Source of the DNA: Rhodosorus marinus CCMP1338 | Taxonomy: Eukaryota; Plantae; Rhodophyta | Direction: 5' to 3' | Length of the DNA: 64,000 nt | Assembly (NCBI GenBank): GCA_029953675.1 | Contig: JAMWBK010000004.1 | Span: 248,001-312,000 of the forward strand | Shown: positions 12,834 through 26,839 of the stretch, piece by piece | Layout: every line of letters starts with the position of its first letter | Numbering within the stretch: position 1 is the first letter of the stretch | Program-made: the position numbers and the translations under genes | The notes under the pieces: generated by a model | The model's database searches: none | What the model was told of the DNA's origin: nothing | What the model saw: only the letters and a program-made list of their open reading frames with translations

Positions 12834-15081
12834 CTTGAAACCCCTCCCCAAAAAAGCAACTTAGCACGCAAACCCTCCCCAAAAACCTGAAAAACTTCAA
12901 CTAAAAAAAGAAACACAAAACCCAGCCACCTCTCACTCCCTCATAGCTTTCTCCCGATTCCAAGTCTCAACTTATCTTCTTCTCCATATACTCTTCTCTA
13001 AGATCACTTCAGCTCCTATCCTTCACCAATATCAAGACAGAAACCTACAATTGCCTTCACCTTCCGCCAACCAGTTGGCATCGATCATTGCCATCCAGTG
13101 AAACTCTGGACAGCAACCAAAATACTTATTAAAACTACATAAATTCAATAATTGGGGTGAAAAGACCGTTGATCTGTATTAGAAATCGATCGGAATAGGT
13201 ATAAAAACGCTGGTTTGGGATCGAGTGGGGAAGAGGATTGGGGTTTTTAGGATGTTAAGAGGATGGAGATGAGGTTTTGGTCTTTGATTTGGCTCTGGTG
13301 AGGCTTTGAAATGGTCTCGATGAATTTTAGAGGGTTTTGAGCCCGTGGAGGGCTTCGTAGTAGTGGTTTTGTGGTGCTTTTGGTGGCAGGTTTGGGAGGG
13401 AACGGATGCATCGATGGAGAGCTGAGCTCTCTGTTCGGAGTCTTGCATCTCACTCTGGATGCTGTTTTTTTTTGAGAAGCTTGTGGGTTGGAGGTGGAAA
13501 AGACAGGTTCAGCCCTGGAGTCCTGCCCAGACTAGTTGCGGTTTTTGTCTAGACCCGTCGTCGGCCTCATACTAGTATTCAAAGTTACCAACCTAGTTCT
13601 CCACAATGTCCATGCGAGGTTAGTTACGTAATGGTAGTGGAGCAGCTTGCCCTGTTTTGTCCTCCGGACTACGAAGGCGTGAATCGCCAATCCTGCGGTC
13701 TCACCGATTAGGACGCTTGGAACAACAGCCAGGGGTACACCGCTGTGGAGGCTCAGCCACGTAAAATCCTAAAAGACTCCATGTTTGCGAATATCCAGCA
13801 ACTATGCCAGCATCAGGGAGTAGCACCCGTGGTGACTCAAGCATGAGCAAAACGCAAGACTTTATTAGCGACCTTCCACTTAGCTCGAAGACCACAGCTT
13901 AACGCTATCTCTGGTTTAAAATACAGCTAGGACAGCTGTCCTTTCCCAGTTTCCGCTAAGGTGTCACACGCCATCAATCAACAGCGTTCATCTAGAGGGT
14001 ATACGGTTGAAGTATTGTTCCAATGATACAGATAATTTGAAATGTTTCAACAGGAAGGAGTTTCTGTAAAAACCTGCTAGGGGGGGGTAAAGGCAGTACG
14101 GGAATCTGGTTTTTACTGGGACAATTCTAGTAAGCTTGAGTCCTCAATACGTTCACTGTGGGTGAATGCCAGCACAGACATGTGCGAGTGGATTGCCTAT
14201 GTAGCCATCAGAAGATGGATACGGACAACATCCTCCGCTATTTCCGTTTGTATGCAAAACTCTAGCTCTCGCTGGCAACAGTGTTTCTGAAGTCGAACAG
14301 ATTGGAGTCTGTCTCCGGCCAAAAGATGTTCACGGCAAGAGTCACTGAGTAGCATCCGCCGGACACTCAAAAGTAGTAGCCTGCCACAAGTTTGTTTGCA
14401 ATACAAAAGAAAGCACTGTCCAGGTGCTGCCGCCATCTCTACACAGATATCGTCAAATTCTCCTTCTACATCACGTTTCCGACTCGGGTCCCAGTCTGTT
14501 GACACTCTTTGCTTTCCAAAGGCTGCTCTAGGAAACAGACTCAACTAGCATTCTGCTACATGCTCATTAGCTAACACATCCAGCCACCCCTTCAAACAGC
14601 TAAAACAGCTCAAGCTGACATCAAGTATACTACAATGATTGCATTCAATCAATACAATATCTCTAACGGTTTCTACGCTCATAATCTAGACTAGGATGCA
14701 CCTGATTATGAAAATGTCAAAGAATTATTGATTATATTAACACTGTTCCTTTTTATAGAACTGTTTGAGTCATAATTTAGCGTATTGCCGATCGTGGGTG
14801 GTGGGTGGTGGGGATGCTTCGCGTTTTATGTACAAAGGGTTTTCGGGATGCGTAGCTGAGTACGTGTTTTATCTAAGAGTAGCTGCTCCGGAGAAAACGT
14901 AGCGTCGCTTGGTATAAAGCGATGCTTCTGAGGTTTTGATGGATGAGTTCCGGAAGTTTATGGGAGTCGAGATCAAGTTCTGAGCCATGGTGTGAGGCAG
15001 CCTATTGACGTTTTAAGTTTTCTGCTGTGGTGGAGGTGTCATTTTTGTCGCGTTTTTTTTTTTTCTGAAGACTGGTTTGCG

Positions 15082-16366
15082 ATGCTGGATGAGAGGATCA
15101 TCAGGAGCGTTGATGCTCTGGTGAGACCGGAGAGCTCTTTGAAGTATGTGTCGAGTGGGTCTTCTATAATAGCCGAGCTTGTTCGCGCAAAGGTCGCTGA
15201 GAATGAGAGCGATGCACGCGAGATTGCGGGAATACTCGTCGAACTGAAGGCTCTGACGGGCGACTCTACTCATTTCGTGGAGAGTGCTTCTTATAAAATT
15301 CCTGGCAAGGCGAAGAATGCCGCGCTTAATTCTTGGTTTGAGTCATATCCTGGCCAGGTCAGGTAATGGTGCAAAAGAAACGGCAAGTGTTTCGTTCATA
15401 GCTGTGCTAATCCAGCCTGTTGTGCTTCTCTTGGTTCATAGGGATGCAACAAATTTTACGCAGGAATTCAACAGATCGGTGGTGCCCGTGATGAAGGCAG
15501 TGCTGTACACTGGAGGTTTTAACGTACATTATGACAAGCTTCGATCGGTCCCAGAATGGTGGAAAGTCCTTGGCCTTCTGGCTGAATTGGGGGACGTGCA
15601 CGATATTGGCTCACTGGAGGATCAACCCAAGCGAGCTTTCTTTTTCAACCTGCTTAACGTGATGATCTTTCACTCGCGTACTATTTATAAAGCCCCGGAT
15701 GGGCTTCGAAGCCGAGGGCAGTATTTCTCAAGGTAAGGCTCAGGTCCTTCCCCTCGGGAAGCTGTAAGATCTCCTCCCACGGCTTGTGTTTTTTTCTGAA
15801 CGGCCTGCTTGCTGCGTTTCAGGATTATCTACACAATTGCAGGAAGGTCATACAACTACATGGACTTGGAGCATGGAGCGCTGAGGAGAAAGTTTGTTGG
15901 TAACCAGAATCCTGAAACCTTGTCGCTCATGGTCAAGACTGTAGACCCCCGAATGCACTTTGCCCTGAATTGCGGTGCGCAATCATGCCCCAACATCCGA
16001 CCTTATACAGCCGAGGGCCTGGAGGAAGAACTTGAGGTTGCCACGAGGGAGTACCTGCAGAAGTTCACAACGGTGAGACCTGAAAAATGCGAGATCAAGC
16101 TTCCACGACTCTTGAAATGGTTCCAGCCAGACTTCGAGTCTGTGGTAGAAATAAATCCAGAGAATGGACTTCCCAAGCACGTCCATCTCGCGCTCAGCTA
16201 CCTATCCAATGGGCAGCAGCTGGACGCAGCCAAATGCATCTGTATGGGGAAGAGACTTCGAGTCAAGTACAGAAAATATGACTGGGGTGACAACTCCATA
16301 CCAGATTCTCGCAAGGAAATCTCTCTCATGTACGCCTACGACTTCTCCTTTTACCTCTCACGATAA
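15082..16366 (+). CDS. DUF547-domain protein, 2 introns
   Basis: DUF547 motifs AFFFNLLNVMIFH, YTIAGRSYNYMDLEHGALR, DPRMHFALNCGAQSCP, IKLPRLLKWFQPDF, YDW. Start codon uncertain. Confidence 0.85.
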
Positions 16367-16437
16367 CCGCAAAAGCCCGACCCAAGTAAAATCTGTACCA
16401 TACTACCAATAAAAAAAAAAAGTTTGCCAACTATGTC

Positions 16438-16660
16438 GATGATCCGTTTATTCAGAGGCGGGGAGAGGGGGTTAGAGGAGGTCGCGCGAACGCGAATCTC
16501 CCCATGGTCAGAAATTAAGCCGTCGACAGGCACACAGAGGTGACTTCTTAGGAGTCAAGCGAGGCTCCCACATTTGTCCGAAAACAAAGTGACGTGCTAT
16601 GCTCACTCTCATCCAAGGCAGACGCCCTTAACATCAAGGCGATCACCCGCGCCAAGTACG
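16438..16660 (-). mobile_element. Short non-LTR retrotransposon-type insertion (3' end, ATC tail) with TATGTC target-site duplication
   Basis: TATGTC at 16432-16437 and 16661-16666; minus-strand end CCTCTGAATAAACGGATCATC is identical to the end of the insertion at 62329-62506. Confidence 0.65.
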
Positions 16661-17665
16661 TATGTCTCTGAATAATCTCTACCACCCCTCATCTGCAAAC
16701 CGAACATCTTGCCAATTTGTTCTTAAAAACCAACTTATCGAAACTTTAACCCGTCCCCAACCCAGGGGGGGTTGAAGTATTAGTTGAAGTATTAGTTCCA
16801 ACTATTGAATATCTAAAATATTTGAAGTTCTTAGCTGACACTAATGCCGTTTTTTCTACTTCAGAAAGATAAATCCAGATGAGGACAGGCTGTCATGGGG
16901 AAGACAGCGGTCTCTTTTTCTTCGGATTTGCTTTTGCCGTTCAGATTTCAGATTTGTTTTGGCGAATGTTACTTAGTTTGTTGGATTTTTGTGTTGGTTT
17001 GACGGGGGTCGCTTGGTTTTGGCCAAAAGAATAGGGGCGTTAGCAGGGGTGCACCCTAGCAGGGGTGTTTTTGCAGGGTTGTATATAGGTAGGGTAAGAG
17101 TGGTTGTTTGTGGCTGGATAGTGGGAGGCGGTTTGGGGATTTGGTTACCAAGAAGCTTCTTAAAGCCGATTATTAAGCGCGTCGAGACGCAAGAGGTCAA
17201 CAAAAGTTCTTCTTGATTTGGTTTTGGTGCGGGTTTTGCTTTTGTTTTTTCGATGGCTCTGACCGTTTAGAATTGCGGGGACGGTGTTGGCTTTGGTTTT
17301 GGTTGGTTCTGACGAAGTAGAATCGGGGCGGGATTGTTGAATTTCCATCGTAATTTGAAGTTGACAATAGCCTTGGCTGCTTTTAGTAGAAGGTTTCTCG
17401 TTGAGCTGTAGAGTTCGTTTTGTTATTGCAACCTACAGAGGTGAGTTCTTTGATCGCACAGATGAACGCTTTCTGACGCGTTCTCACTTTCTGGTTTCTG
17501 TAGCATTCGAGACTCACTGAAGAGCTTGTGCTGGGCCCAGGATGTGTTTTTGAACCTGAAAGAAGTCCTGGCTAGTGACTCGAGGATTGGGTGCTGGTTC
17601 TTCTAAAGACGGGAAACCACTACTTTCTAGGCTGCGCTTGTGAATAGTAGGTGCGCATTACTGAC

Positions 17666-19535
17666 ATGTCGGAATTCAATGCCCAGCTCGTTGAAGAGCT
17701 GAGGGCTAGGAAGCTGTACTTGTATCTACCTCCTCACGCGACAGTACGCGGTGAAGCAAAGGAGCTACCGCAGGAGCTAATTGCGGAGTTGACCGAGAAG
17801 CTCGGACGCAGCGGAAACGAAGTGAGGGCGGCATTAACTAGTATTCAAAGTCAGGCCCTTAAAAAGCTCGAGGCACAGCTGGTACCGGTGAAAATGACAG
17901 TATACTTTCAAGGAACCCGCCAACAGCTCGAGTACAGCCTCAATCTGAGCTGCACTGGGTTTGACTTGAGGGAGGAGCTCACTCTACTTGTCAGCGAAAG
18001 TGATGAGCAATTGACCTGTAAAATTATTCACGGCGGAAAGATATTGGCGCTCGATCAGAAGCTTCGATGCGTGGGTGTTGAACGCGGCTCAAAGTGTTTG
18101 GTGATGTTCACAGAGGAAAACAGTGCTCAAACGAATGGAAAGCCGCTGAGCTTTAAGCAGAAGCTGCAATGGATCAAGGACGGTGCAGCTGAAGTAGCAT
18201 TCGTCGGGAAACAGGAGTCCGGAGGTGGAATTAATACGAAATCGTTTTTCGAGCTCTCAGATGGTCACGGCAACGTCGTCGACCTAAGTGAAGATGAACG
18301 GAGATGGCTCATTCTTGCCATGGTGTTGCAGGCGGAGGGCCTGGCTGCTTTAAAGGATGACAAACACGCAGATGCGCTCTGCGCGTTTCTCGAATCTGAG
18401 GAGTACTACATGCGGCTCAGGAATGCGGACGTGTTCAGGAGACTCGATAACTTTGGTGAGAAGCTTCTCTGAAACATTGCGTTGCCACGATCTCACTGGT
18501 ATCCCCGTGCTAATTGCTTCAGCCTTACTCCCGCGAAAATGTGAATTAGTGCCTCTGCTTTTGGATATATGTTGGACTTACTATGAGTTGCGTGACGAAG
18601 CGCACACGGAAGAGGCATTTCGAAGGCTGAAAGTTGTTCGGGAGACGCTTGACAGGAGAGATGTGGAAGGCAGAAACGACCAAGTGGGACAGGTATCTCG
18701 CCGCGCTCACAGGGCAAGACTACTCCCTCTTGAGGCTATCGCGGCGTCCATGAGCGGTAATCGTTCCGATGCTCTCGATCTATGCTTCCAGGCCAAGGAT
18801 CTTTTGAACAGACTCCAGATCTCTGATGAGGACCTAACTGCGGTAATGGAAATATCCAACTGCTCTCAAGCTGAAGCAATATCGGAGATGCGCCTACATG
18901 AAATGGATGCTGAGCGAGCGGTGGTCTCCATCGTCCAGAAGCGCGAAGAGCTGAAACAAGTCTCCGTCTCTGATGAACGTAAACGGGCGGTCAGGAGTAT
19001 CCAGAAGAGGCTCCCAATGACCCAGCGCGGCGACTACTTGGACGTGGACCTTATGAAACAGCTCACTGCTCTGGGCTTTGAAAGTTCGAAAGTAGTATCC
19101 GCTCTAGTGGAAACGAACAATGACGAAGCCGAGGCGACGATGTTGTTGAGCGCTGCCCAGACCGAGGCGCTACCGGAAATTGCCCCGTTCCAGATGGACT
19201 CTGGGCTGAACTCCATACCGACACCCACGCCTACCGAAATCGGAGCAGGCTCCAGTACCGAAATCAGGGCAGGCTCCAGTACGGTCGGCGGTTCATCGCC
19301 GGGCACCAGCAACGCGAACGTCAGTCACCAGAAAAACCCTCTTGCGAGTCTCCTTGGCGCGATAGCTTTGGCGTACTCAGATCACGTGGACGATGAAGAA
19401 GACGCCGAGGACGAGGAGCTCCTGAGCGAAATTAGAGGGGTCCTGAAGAACCTTGAACATAGTCATTCCCTCTGCAGCTCTATGGTAGAAGAAGCGGCCG
19501 TTGTCAACCAGCTCATTCTTCAGTTTCAGTACTAG
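17666..19535 (+). CDS. NUB1: NUB1-like protein (Ubl + UBA), 1 intron
   Basis: Ubl-like KIIHGGKILALDQKLRCVGV; NUB1-type FELSDGHGNVVDLSEDERRWLILAMVL...LDNFG and LLLDICWTYYEL; UBA-like LMKQLTALGFESSKVVSALVETNNDEAEATMLL. Confidence 0.82.
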
Positions 19536-19893
19536 ACAAATGCTGAGATTTAGTTTGTCTCACTGGCTCATATCCAACGTGCATCCAACAGCTGCGTTAC
19601 GATTCTCAGCCCCTTCGCGTTCGTACTAAACCGTTAACTGCATAATAACAAAAAAAAACAGAACTTCAAGTCGCCCGGTTGGAGATGAGTATCCTCCAAC
19701 CTTTGCGAAGAAATTCAAGTAGAGGGCATTACAGAGTACAGCAGTCAATCCACACGGGCAGCACTCACGTCCGCTCTTGAGCTCATTGAGAATTGGTGCT
19801 TTGTTTCCTTCATATCTGCATTGAGGTCACGTTGGGGATTGCCAGAACCTCCTCTACTACGTCATCCATGCTCATGTTCTTCTCCAAATATTC

Positions 19894-20570
19894 TTAACCT
19901 TTGACGGCAGTCATCAGGGTGATAGTATCGCCTTTCAAGAGGATCCTTCCTAAGTTCTTTCGTCTGTAGGAAGAGCACTGGGTCAGAAACGGGTGGGATA
20001 GGAGATTTCGCATGGAGTAAGAAATACGTACGTGTTCTTTTTCAAGTTTACCTCGACAGCGTTGTCGAGAACGAGATTCATGTACTCGTCAAAGCCCTTT
20101 TAAAAGAGAACGGAAACGACAGTGAGCGTTCATGTGAATTGGATTGAGAAAATCGAGACGATTTATGCACGCTAAAGTCGAGGAAAACGTGGAATTGCTT
20201 AGCGTACGATGATCACTCCTTCGATTCGGATCGTCGTCTCGTCATAAAGCCATACTTGTACGGGTGCTTTGCTTTGTAAAAACCTAAAAATCAGGTTCTG
20301 AGAAGGATCGGACATAAGCAGGTAAAAAAGGGTGCAAAGTCAGGTTCGAAATAAACTTTCCCGCGTGAACGGGTTGCCATGAAGAGAGATCCGAGTGGCG
20401 TTCTATTCCAAGTTTCCTCATGACAAACAAAAACTTAGGAAAACAAAGCCAACGCTGCGGATTTTATCTCTTCTTCTTCCATCTCAACTTCTATCTCAAT
20501 CCCGATCCCTTTTGTCCGCACAGCCACTTACTATCGGCTGAGTCATAATCCTCTGCACTCTCGAACCCAT
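19894..20570 (-). CDS. SNRPE: Small nuclear ribonucleoprotein E (4 exons; missed by ORF track)
   Basis: Manual splicing gives [13 protein letters not shown]|[30 protein letters not shown]|[22 protein letters not shown]|[22 protein letters not shown], all GT-AG. Confidence 0.96.
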
Positions 20571-21089
20571 CTTGATCGTCTCAAAATCACACGCCTCAGG
20601 CTTTTCACGTTGCTTGATAAAATTACTTCCTCAAATCGGAAAAACGAACGACCTCTCAAAAATTTGCTCCTCCTCAAAAAGTCCATCAGCTACCGCAGTC
20701 CTTCACCGTTTCCTAACGCAAACACAAAACAAAAACATCAATAGACTTTCTTCTTTACCCCTTAGCCGAGCAAAACAAATACCCTTCACGGCGGTTAGAA
20801 CCTTTACCTATTTTAGATTAAGACTGATCTAAATATAAAACAATTCTGTACTATAATATTTCCAAAATTCATCTATATTCCTAATTTAGGATATTGCGTG
20901 TCTACATCTTAGAATATGTACTACAAAATTGAATTTTGGCTGTATGTTCTAAATAAAAGTAAGGGATTCACTTAGTTTTCTTAATTTTGTGGATAAGGAG
21001 TGTAGATTTTGGAACACAGAGGTCTAAATGGTTTGAGACTGGAATGTGCCTCCCTCACCAAGTGGTCACAATCCCGATGCGTCATTGGA

Positions 21090-21372
21090 GAGAGAAGGTG
21101 AACTGGTTTCCAGAAACCAAATTTTGTTTGCTTCAACATACGATTTGGTTCTTCCCTCGATTCGAATCAATGGGAAAACCTATGAGATCGTCCCGGGCGA
21201 GTGAAGAAGGCCACACTCTTGCAGAAGCAGGAGAATGAAGGTGGGCTGGTTACAGAAACGGAATTTGTTTGGTTCTAAATGCCACTTCGCTCTTCCCTCG
21301 ATTCGAAATCAATAGGAATGCCTATGAGACGGTCCGGGGCTAGTAAGAAGACCACGCTCTTGCAGAGCAGGA
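21090..21372. repeat. Diverged tandem duplication, 2 x ~142 bp
   Basis: GAAGGTG..CTGGTT.CAGAAAC...TCTTCCCTCGATTCGAA.TCAAT.GGAA..CCTATGAGA...CTCTTGCAGA.GCAGGA occurs from ~21094 and ~21237. Confidence 0.85.
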
Positions 21373-21787
21373 TTGCTTCTCTAACGGGTATCGGGTTCTG
21401 TCTGGTGACAGGTCAGCGGCATTATTAGGACAACTGCACTAGAACCGCCCCGAGCCCGTCCACTTTGGCAGCCAGTTGTAGTTGATGGAGACAGTTTTGT
21501 CCTTATCGCCTTTGAGGCGTAGTTGTTCGCTAGATCAAAGCGGCTGACCCATAAGAAGTTGCCCTCTACAGTTTTGTAACAGTTTCCGTTTCGAACTGGA
21601 CAACAATTCGATGGATCCCTCAAAACCTGCACCTTTTCAAGACAGTAGTAACTGAGTCTTAGGGCGCTTCCTAAGGATTATTTTTCCAGGCCCTTTTCTA
21701 CTCCAATCTCAATGCGTTTATTTACCAATTACCTCCGTCCCTGTGACGATTCAAGAAACCCTCAAGGAAATGAACACACCCGGTTTT

Positions 21788-23403
21788 TCAGGACTCCGGT
21801 TTCGCGCTAGCTTCCATTCGCTTCTTCTTCTCCGCCTTTGCACTTTCGATGATTTTGTTCAGTTCACCTTCACATCGCAGAAGCAAGAATCCAAAAATAA
21901 TTAGAACCACCGCCGTTTACTCAACCAGACATGCGGATGTGGAGGGTGGTTAACGTGCTGAGTACAATACCTTTGGAAGCCAACAACTTGAGCAGCTCCA
22001 TCACAAACGGGACGTAGTTGTGCTTTCTCCTCGCGTTCTCCCTTTTCCAGATCTTTCTCTTCACCCTCTCAGCCTCCAGATCAGCCTGTAGCTCAGCTAT
22101 TCTCGCCGCAATCTCAGACTACAAAAGCCCCCAGTGGAAAACAATACCCATACCATTGTTCAGAGTTCAAACCATGTCGTAGGCGTCAGTTCCATTCCCA
22201 GCGCTTACCGCCTCAGTTTCTCCCTTCGTCTTTTTCTCCTCTTCCAGCTTTGCGATTTCCTACGCGATTTGTAGATTACAGAACGCTTTGGTTAGGGTTC
22301 CCCCAACCATGTGCATCCCATGAATACAGTCCTTGTCCATGCTCATGTCATGGGCATGGTCCTCCCGACTCCGTTCTCACTCCATGAGTACAGCTACTCC
22401 GACCATGCTCACGCTTTGAGCATGTTCCTCCAACTATGCTGAACCTGACGAGCACATGTTATGCTAGTCCTTACCTTGAGGTACATGTTCTCTCGATTCC
22501 TAACGATCGCCATGACATTGAATCGAACTTCATTGACGCTATATTCATTCATACGTGACTGGATCACCGGGATGCAAGCTTCTATCCAGTTGTCACCAGC
22601 TTCACCTAGCGAGAGCGTAAATGGGTTCGGGGTTCAGAGAGGCTAATGGAAGGGTGATTACGATTGCTCGACCTGTCTTACCTCTCTTGATAGGTCCAGC
22701 TTTCGTTCCATCGAGTTCGTAAATGCTACCGTCGTGTGGGATGTAGCTCACGAAATGGTAGATATCATCGTCTTTTTCCCCTTTCTTCATTCCCTGGAAA
22801 TGTGAGGAGTGAGCTATGAGTGATTTTGTCAAAACGATCAGACATTATGGTTCTCACCTCTAGTACAAAGTGCTGGTTTGGAGAATTGCTATTATGGGCC
22901 GTTCGGACAGTCTTCAAGTTGCTTATGGCGAGGCCTTTCATTGTGGGGTCAAAATCCTTTGTGAACTCTTTGAACTCCGAGAGCTCCGTTCCAATATCCA
23001 ATTCTGGACTGTTGAGCACGATCGATAGAATCGCTTGCGTCGCGCATGCGTTATTGATCACCTGATTCGCAAAGTAGATGGGAACACTGCTCGGCTCCAT
23101 TAGAGTTCCGTTCACGATCTGATCTCCATCTCCATCCTGAACCTTCCACTTGAATAGAAAAATCACACCAAAAACCTCCCTAAAACAAGAACAAAGATAA
23201 GAAAAACTCGCAAAATCTCAGAAAAAAAAGCCTCCTAAAACTACAAATAGCCCGGCGGATACAACTCACCCTAGTTTGTTCATAGACTCAACGTCCAAAG
23301 AGAACAGCTCCTCAACTTGAACATCCTTAACCCCAATATCGCTCAAAAGTCCTGTAAACAGTCCAGGGTCAGATTCAATCGTGCACCAACCTTCATCCGC
23401 CAT
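21788..23403 (-). CDS. UCHL5: Ubiquitin C-terminal hydrolase UCH37/UCHL5, multi-exon
   Basis: Exon 1 [20 protein letters not shown]; [17 protein letters not shown] (catalytic Cys); [18 protein letters not shown]; [18 protein letters not shown]; stop 21790-21788. Confidence 0.95.
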
Positions 23404-23803
23404 CTTTGCATCAACGAACTCGAGCAGGTATGTAGCTCTTCCACGGATTCCGAGAGAGAAAAAAAAATCTCAAGGTTTCTATCTACCCAAGCTCTCAACT
23501 GATTCTGTCTGTTCGAGGGATCTGAATGCTCTCCTCCGCCCTTCCAATCCCCCGCATCATCCCTCACCAATGCCCAGAACAGGATATGTACCCCGCACTC
23601 CGTCTCCGCAGTTTCCCACTCCAGTAAATTCCTCCTTCTCTTTTCTTACCGAAATGGGACACTGGGAAGAAGTGGGACTGTCCCTTTCGAAATGGGGACA
23701 ACAATTGAATTTAATTTGAACTTGATGTGTGTGACAATGATTGTCCTGTGAGTTCTGCGGTAGGAGGACCATGCTCATTCCAAGAGCGTATTCCTCCGAC
23801 TTT

Positions 23804-23854
23804 GCTTGACTTGCATATGCTTGACTTGCATATGCTTGACTTGCATATGCTTGC
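23804..23854. repeat. 15-bp minisatellite (GCTTGACTTGCATAT) x3.4
   Basis: Three perfect units plus GCTTGC read directly. Confidence 0.95.
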
Positions 23855-25728
23855 TTTCAGCGAGATCTAGGAAACGAAAGTCACTGAGATCTGACTTGTA
23901 AAACTTCGAGAGAACCTAAAAGGACAAGTTCACCAGCGTCCCTAACAACCGCCATGATATTCAATCCAACTGTTTATTGCTGTATTCATTCGCGAAGATA
24001 AGTGCTCTAGCTGCAGATCCACAGTTTCCACTTCAACACGTTCACTCTTCTCCATCAAGCATTGCTAGGTGCTGGATGGAACACCTGGAGAGGCTGTGCC
24101 CAATATGGGACGGTAGCTGATTTGCTTATCAAAGGTAGGCAGCTCAATATGTACATGATCAGCACAATAAGCAGCTTAGTTTAGTGGGTTTGGTGAGGAA
24201 GCAGAACGCAAATCTGGTCAGAAATGTGAGGAACTACAGCCAACGTGACCCCGGGGTTTCACCTCAATCGAGGAAGGAAGCAGCTCGCCGGCCTGTTGAG
24301 GAATGTGACGAACTATGCTCCAATGGAACCCTAGAGCTTCCGGTGAGGTTAATGAGGAAGCCGACGTGATATTGCTGAGGAGAGAACTGGTGAGGTTGCT
24401 GAGGACATAGCCTGTGATAATCAAGAGAACATAGCCCATGATATTCAAGAGCGCATCGGCGTGACATGCAAGAGGACAGCTAGGGATAGTCGAGACGACG
24501 TAGCACGCGACCTTCAAGAGGACACAGCCCGTGAGTCCCGTGAGGGCCGTGAGCAACTATTCTCGAGCGTGACCGGAGCCCCGGATATTGGTCTGAATAC
24601 ACCACGCGAGTTTGACCAGGAGGCAGCCCCTGAGCATTCATTTGAACGTCGAGAACGCTTCTCCAACGTAACCGAGTGGGGTTGGAACCGATAGCCATGG
24701 GGTTAAGCATGGGCTCGCTGATTTCATTTTTTTGAAAGAGCAGAATGTGTCCGAATGTAATATTTTCCAGCGCCCGACGGTTGTCCTTTCCATTCTGGGG
24801 GTTGCAATTGATAGAATTTGATATTTGACTCACGGTGTAAACTTTTTCCAACGACCTAGGGAACCATCAGTGAGATTCGGAGGCAGGGCAGAGAAGTAAA
24901 TTGCATTCAAAATCAAATAGAGTCTGCTGGGGAAAAATCAAACGGAGTTCTACGTAGTTTTTTTTTTCCGTTTGGGGTCCTAGAACTTCGACGAGCGGGG
25001 GGGAAAGGTCCAACCCACGTTAGCGTATAGAGCGCACAGGATTTACCATACTTGCGGTGGCTCATATAATTGGGCATCGAGCTTGTCAAACCTAATCCTT
25101 CTGTGTCGGGATCAACGTTGAAGCGTTGAAACTCCGAGAGGGCACCTCAATCAAAGCCCATTTTTAAAATAACATTTCTGCGAACATCAGATCCTCCAGG
25201 GCCGCATCAATGACTAAGACGCAGCAGCTCTTCAATGAATCCTCTCAGTCTAAACTCTAGAGCTCGTTAATGCACTCACAGCTATCAGCGATAAGCAAGA
25301 CCTAATTGGCCAGAATCCTGTGTGATAATCCAATAAAAACTCCGAAACATATTTTAGAATTCATGGCATAATTTGATTTGTGATATGCTTGCGTAATATG
25401 ATTGTAAGTAATCTTAATTGGCCGTACTAAATCACAACCTAAGCCAATAATACCCGATTATGATACTATAAACCAATAGAAAATTGTATTATGCGTTTTA
25501 GGATTCATGGCATAATTATACTTGATAACAACGATGCAATAGGCACTAGGACGTATCTCGTCACGAGCTTGTATCGGTCGGTTCGGATTGGGTTCAGTGG
25601 ACGATGGAGGGGGTGGATAGTTTTCGGAGATGGATCTGTAAGAGGATTGGGAAGAATGGTTTGGGACTTTGTACTGATTTCGATGCCTAGGATATAAAAC
25701 TGAGTAAGCTAGAAGAAGTTAGGATTAA

Positions 25729-26839
<1,111 letters not shown>

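Noticed and set aside
13500-14600. Possible transposase or pseudogene upstream of VHA-d
   Set aside because: Only short ORFs; no DDE, RT or other motif recognised; no TIR or TSD.
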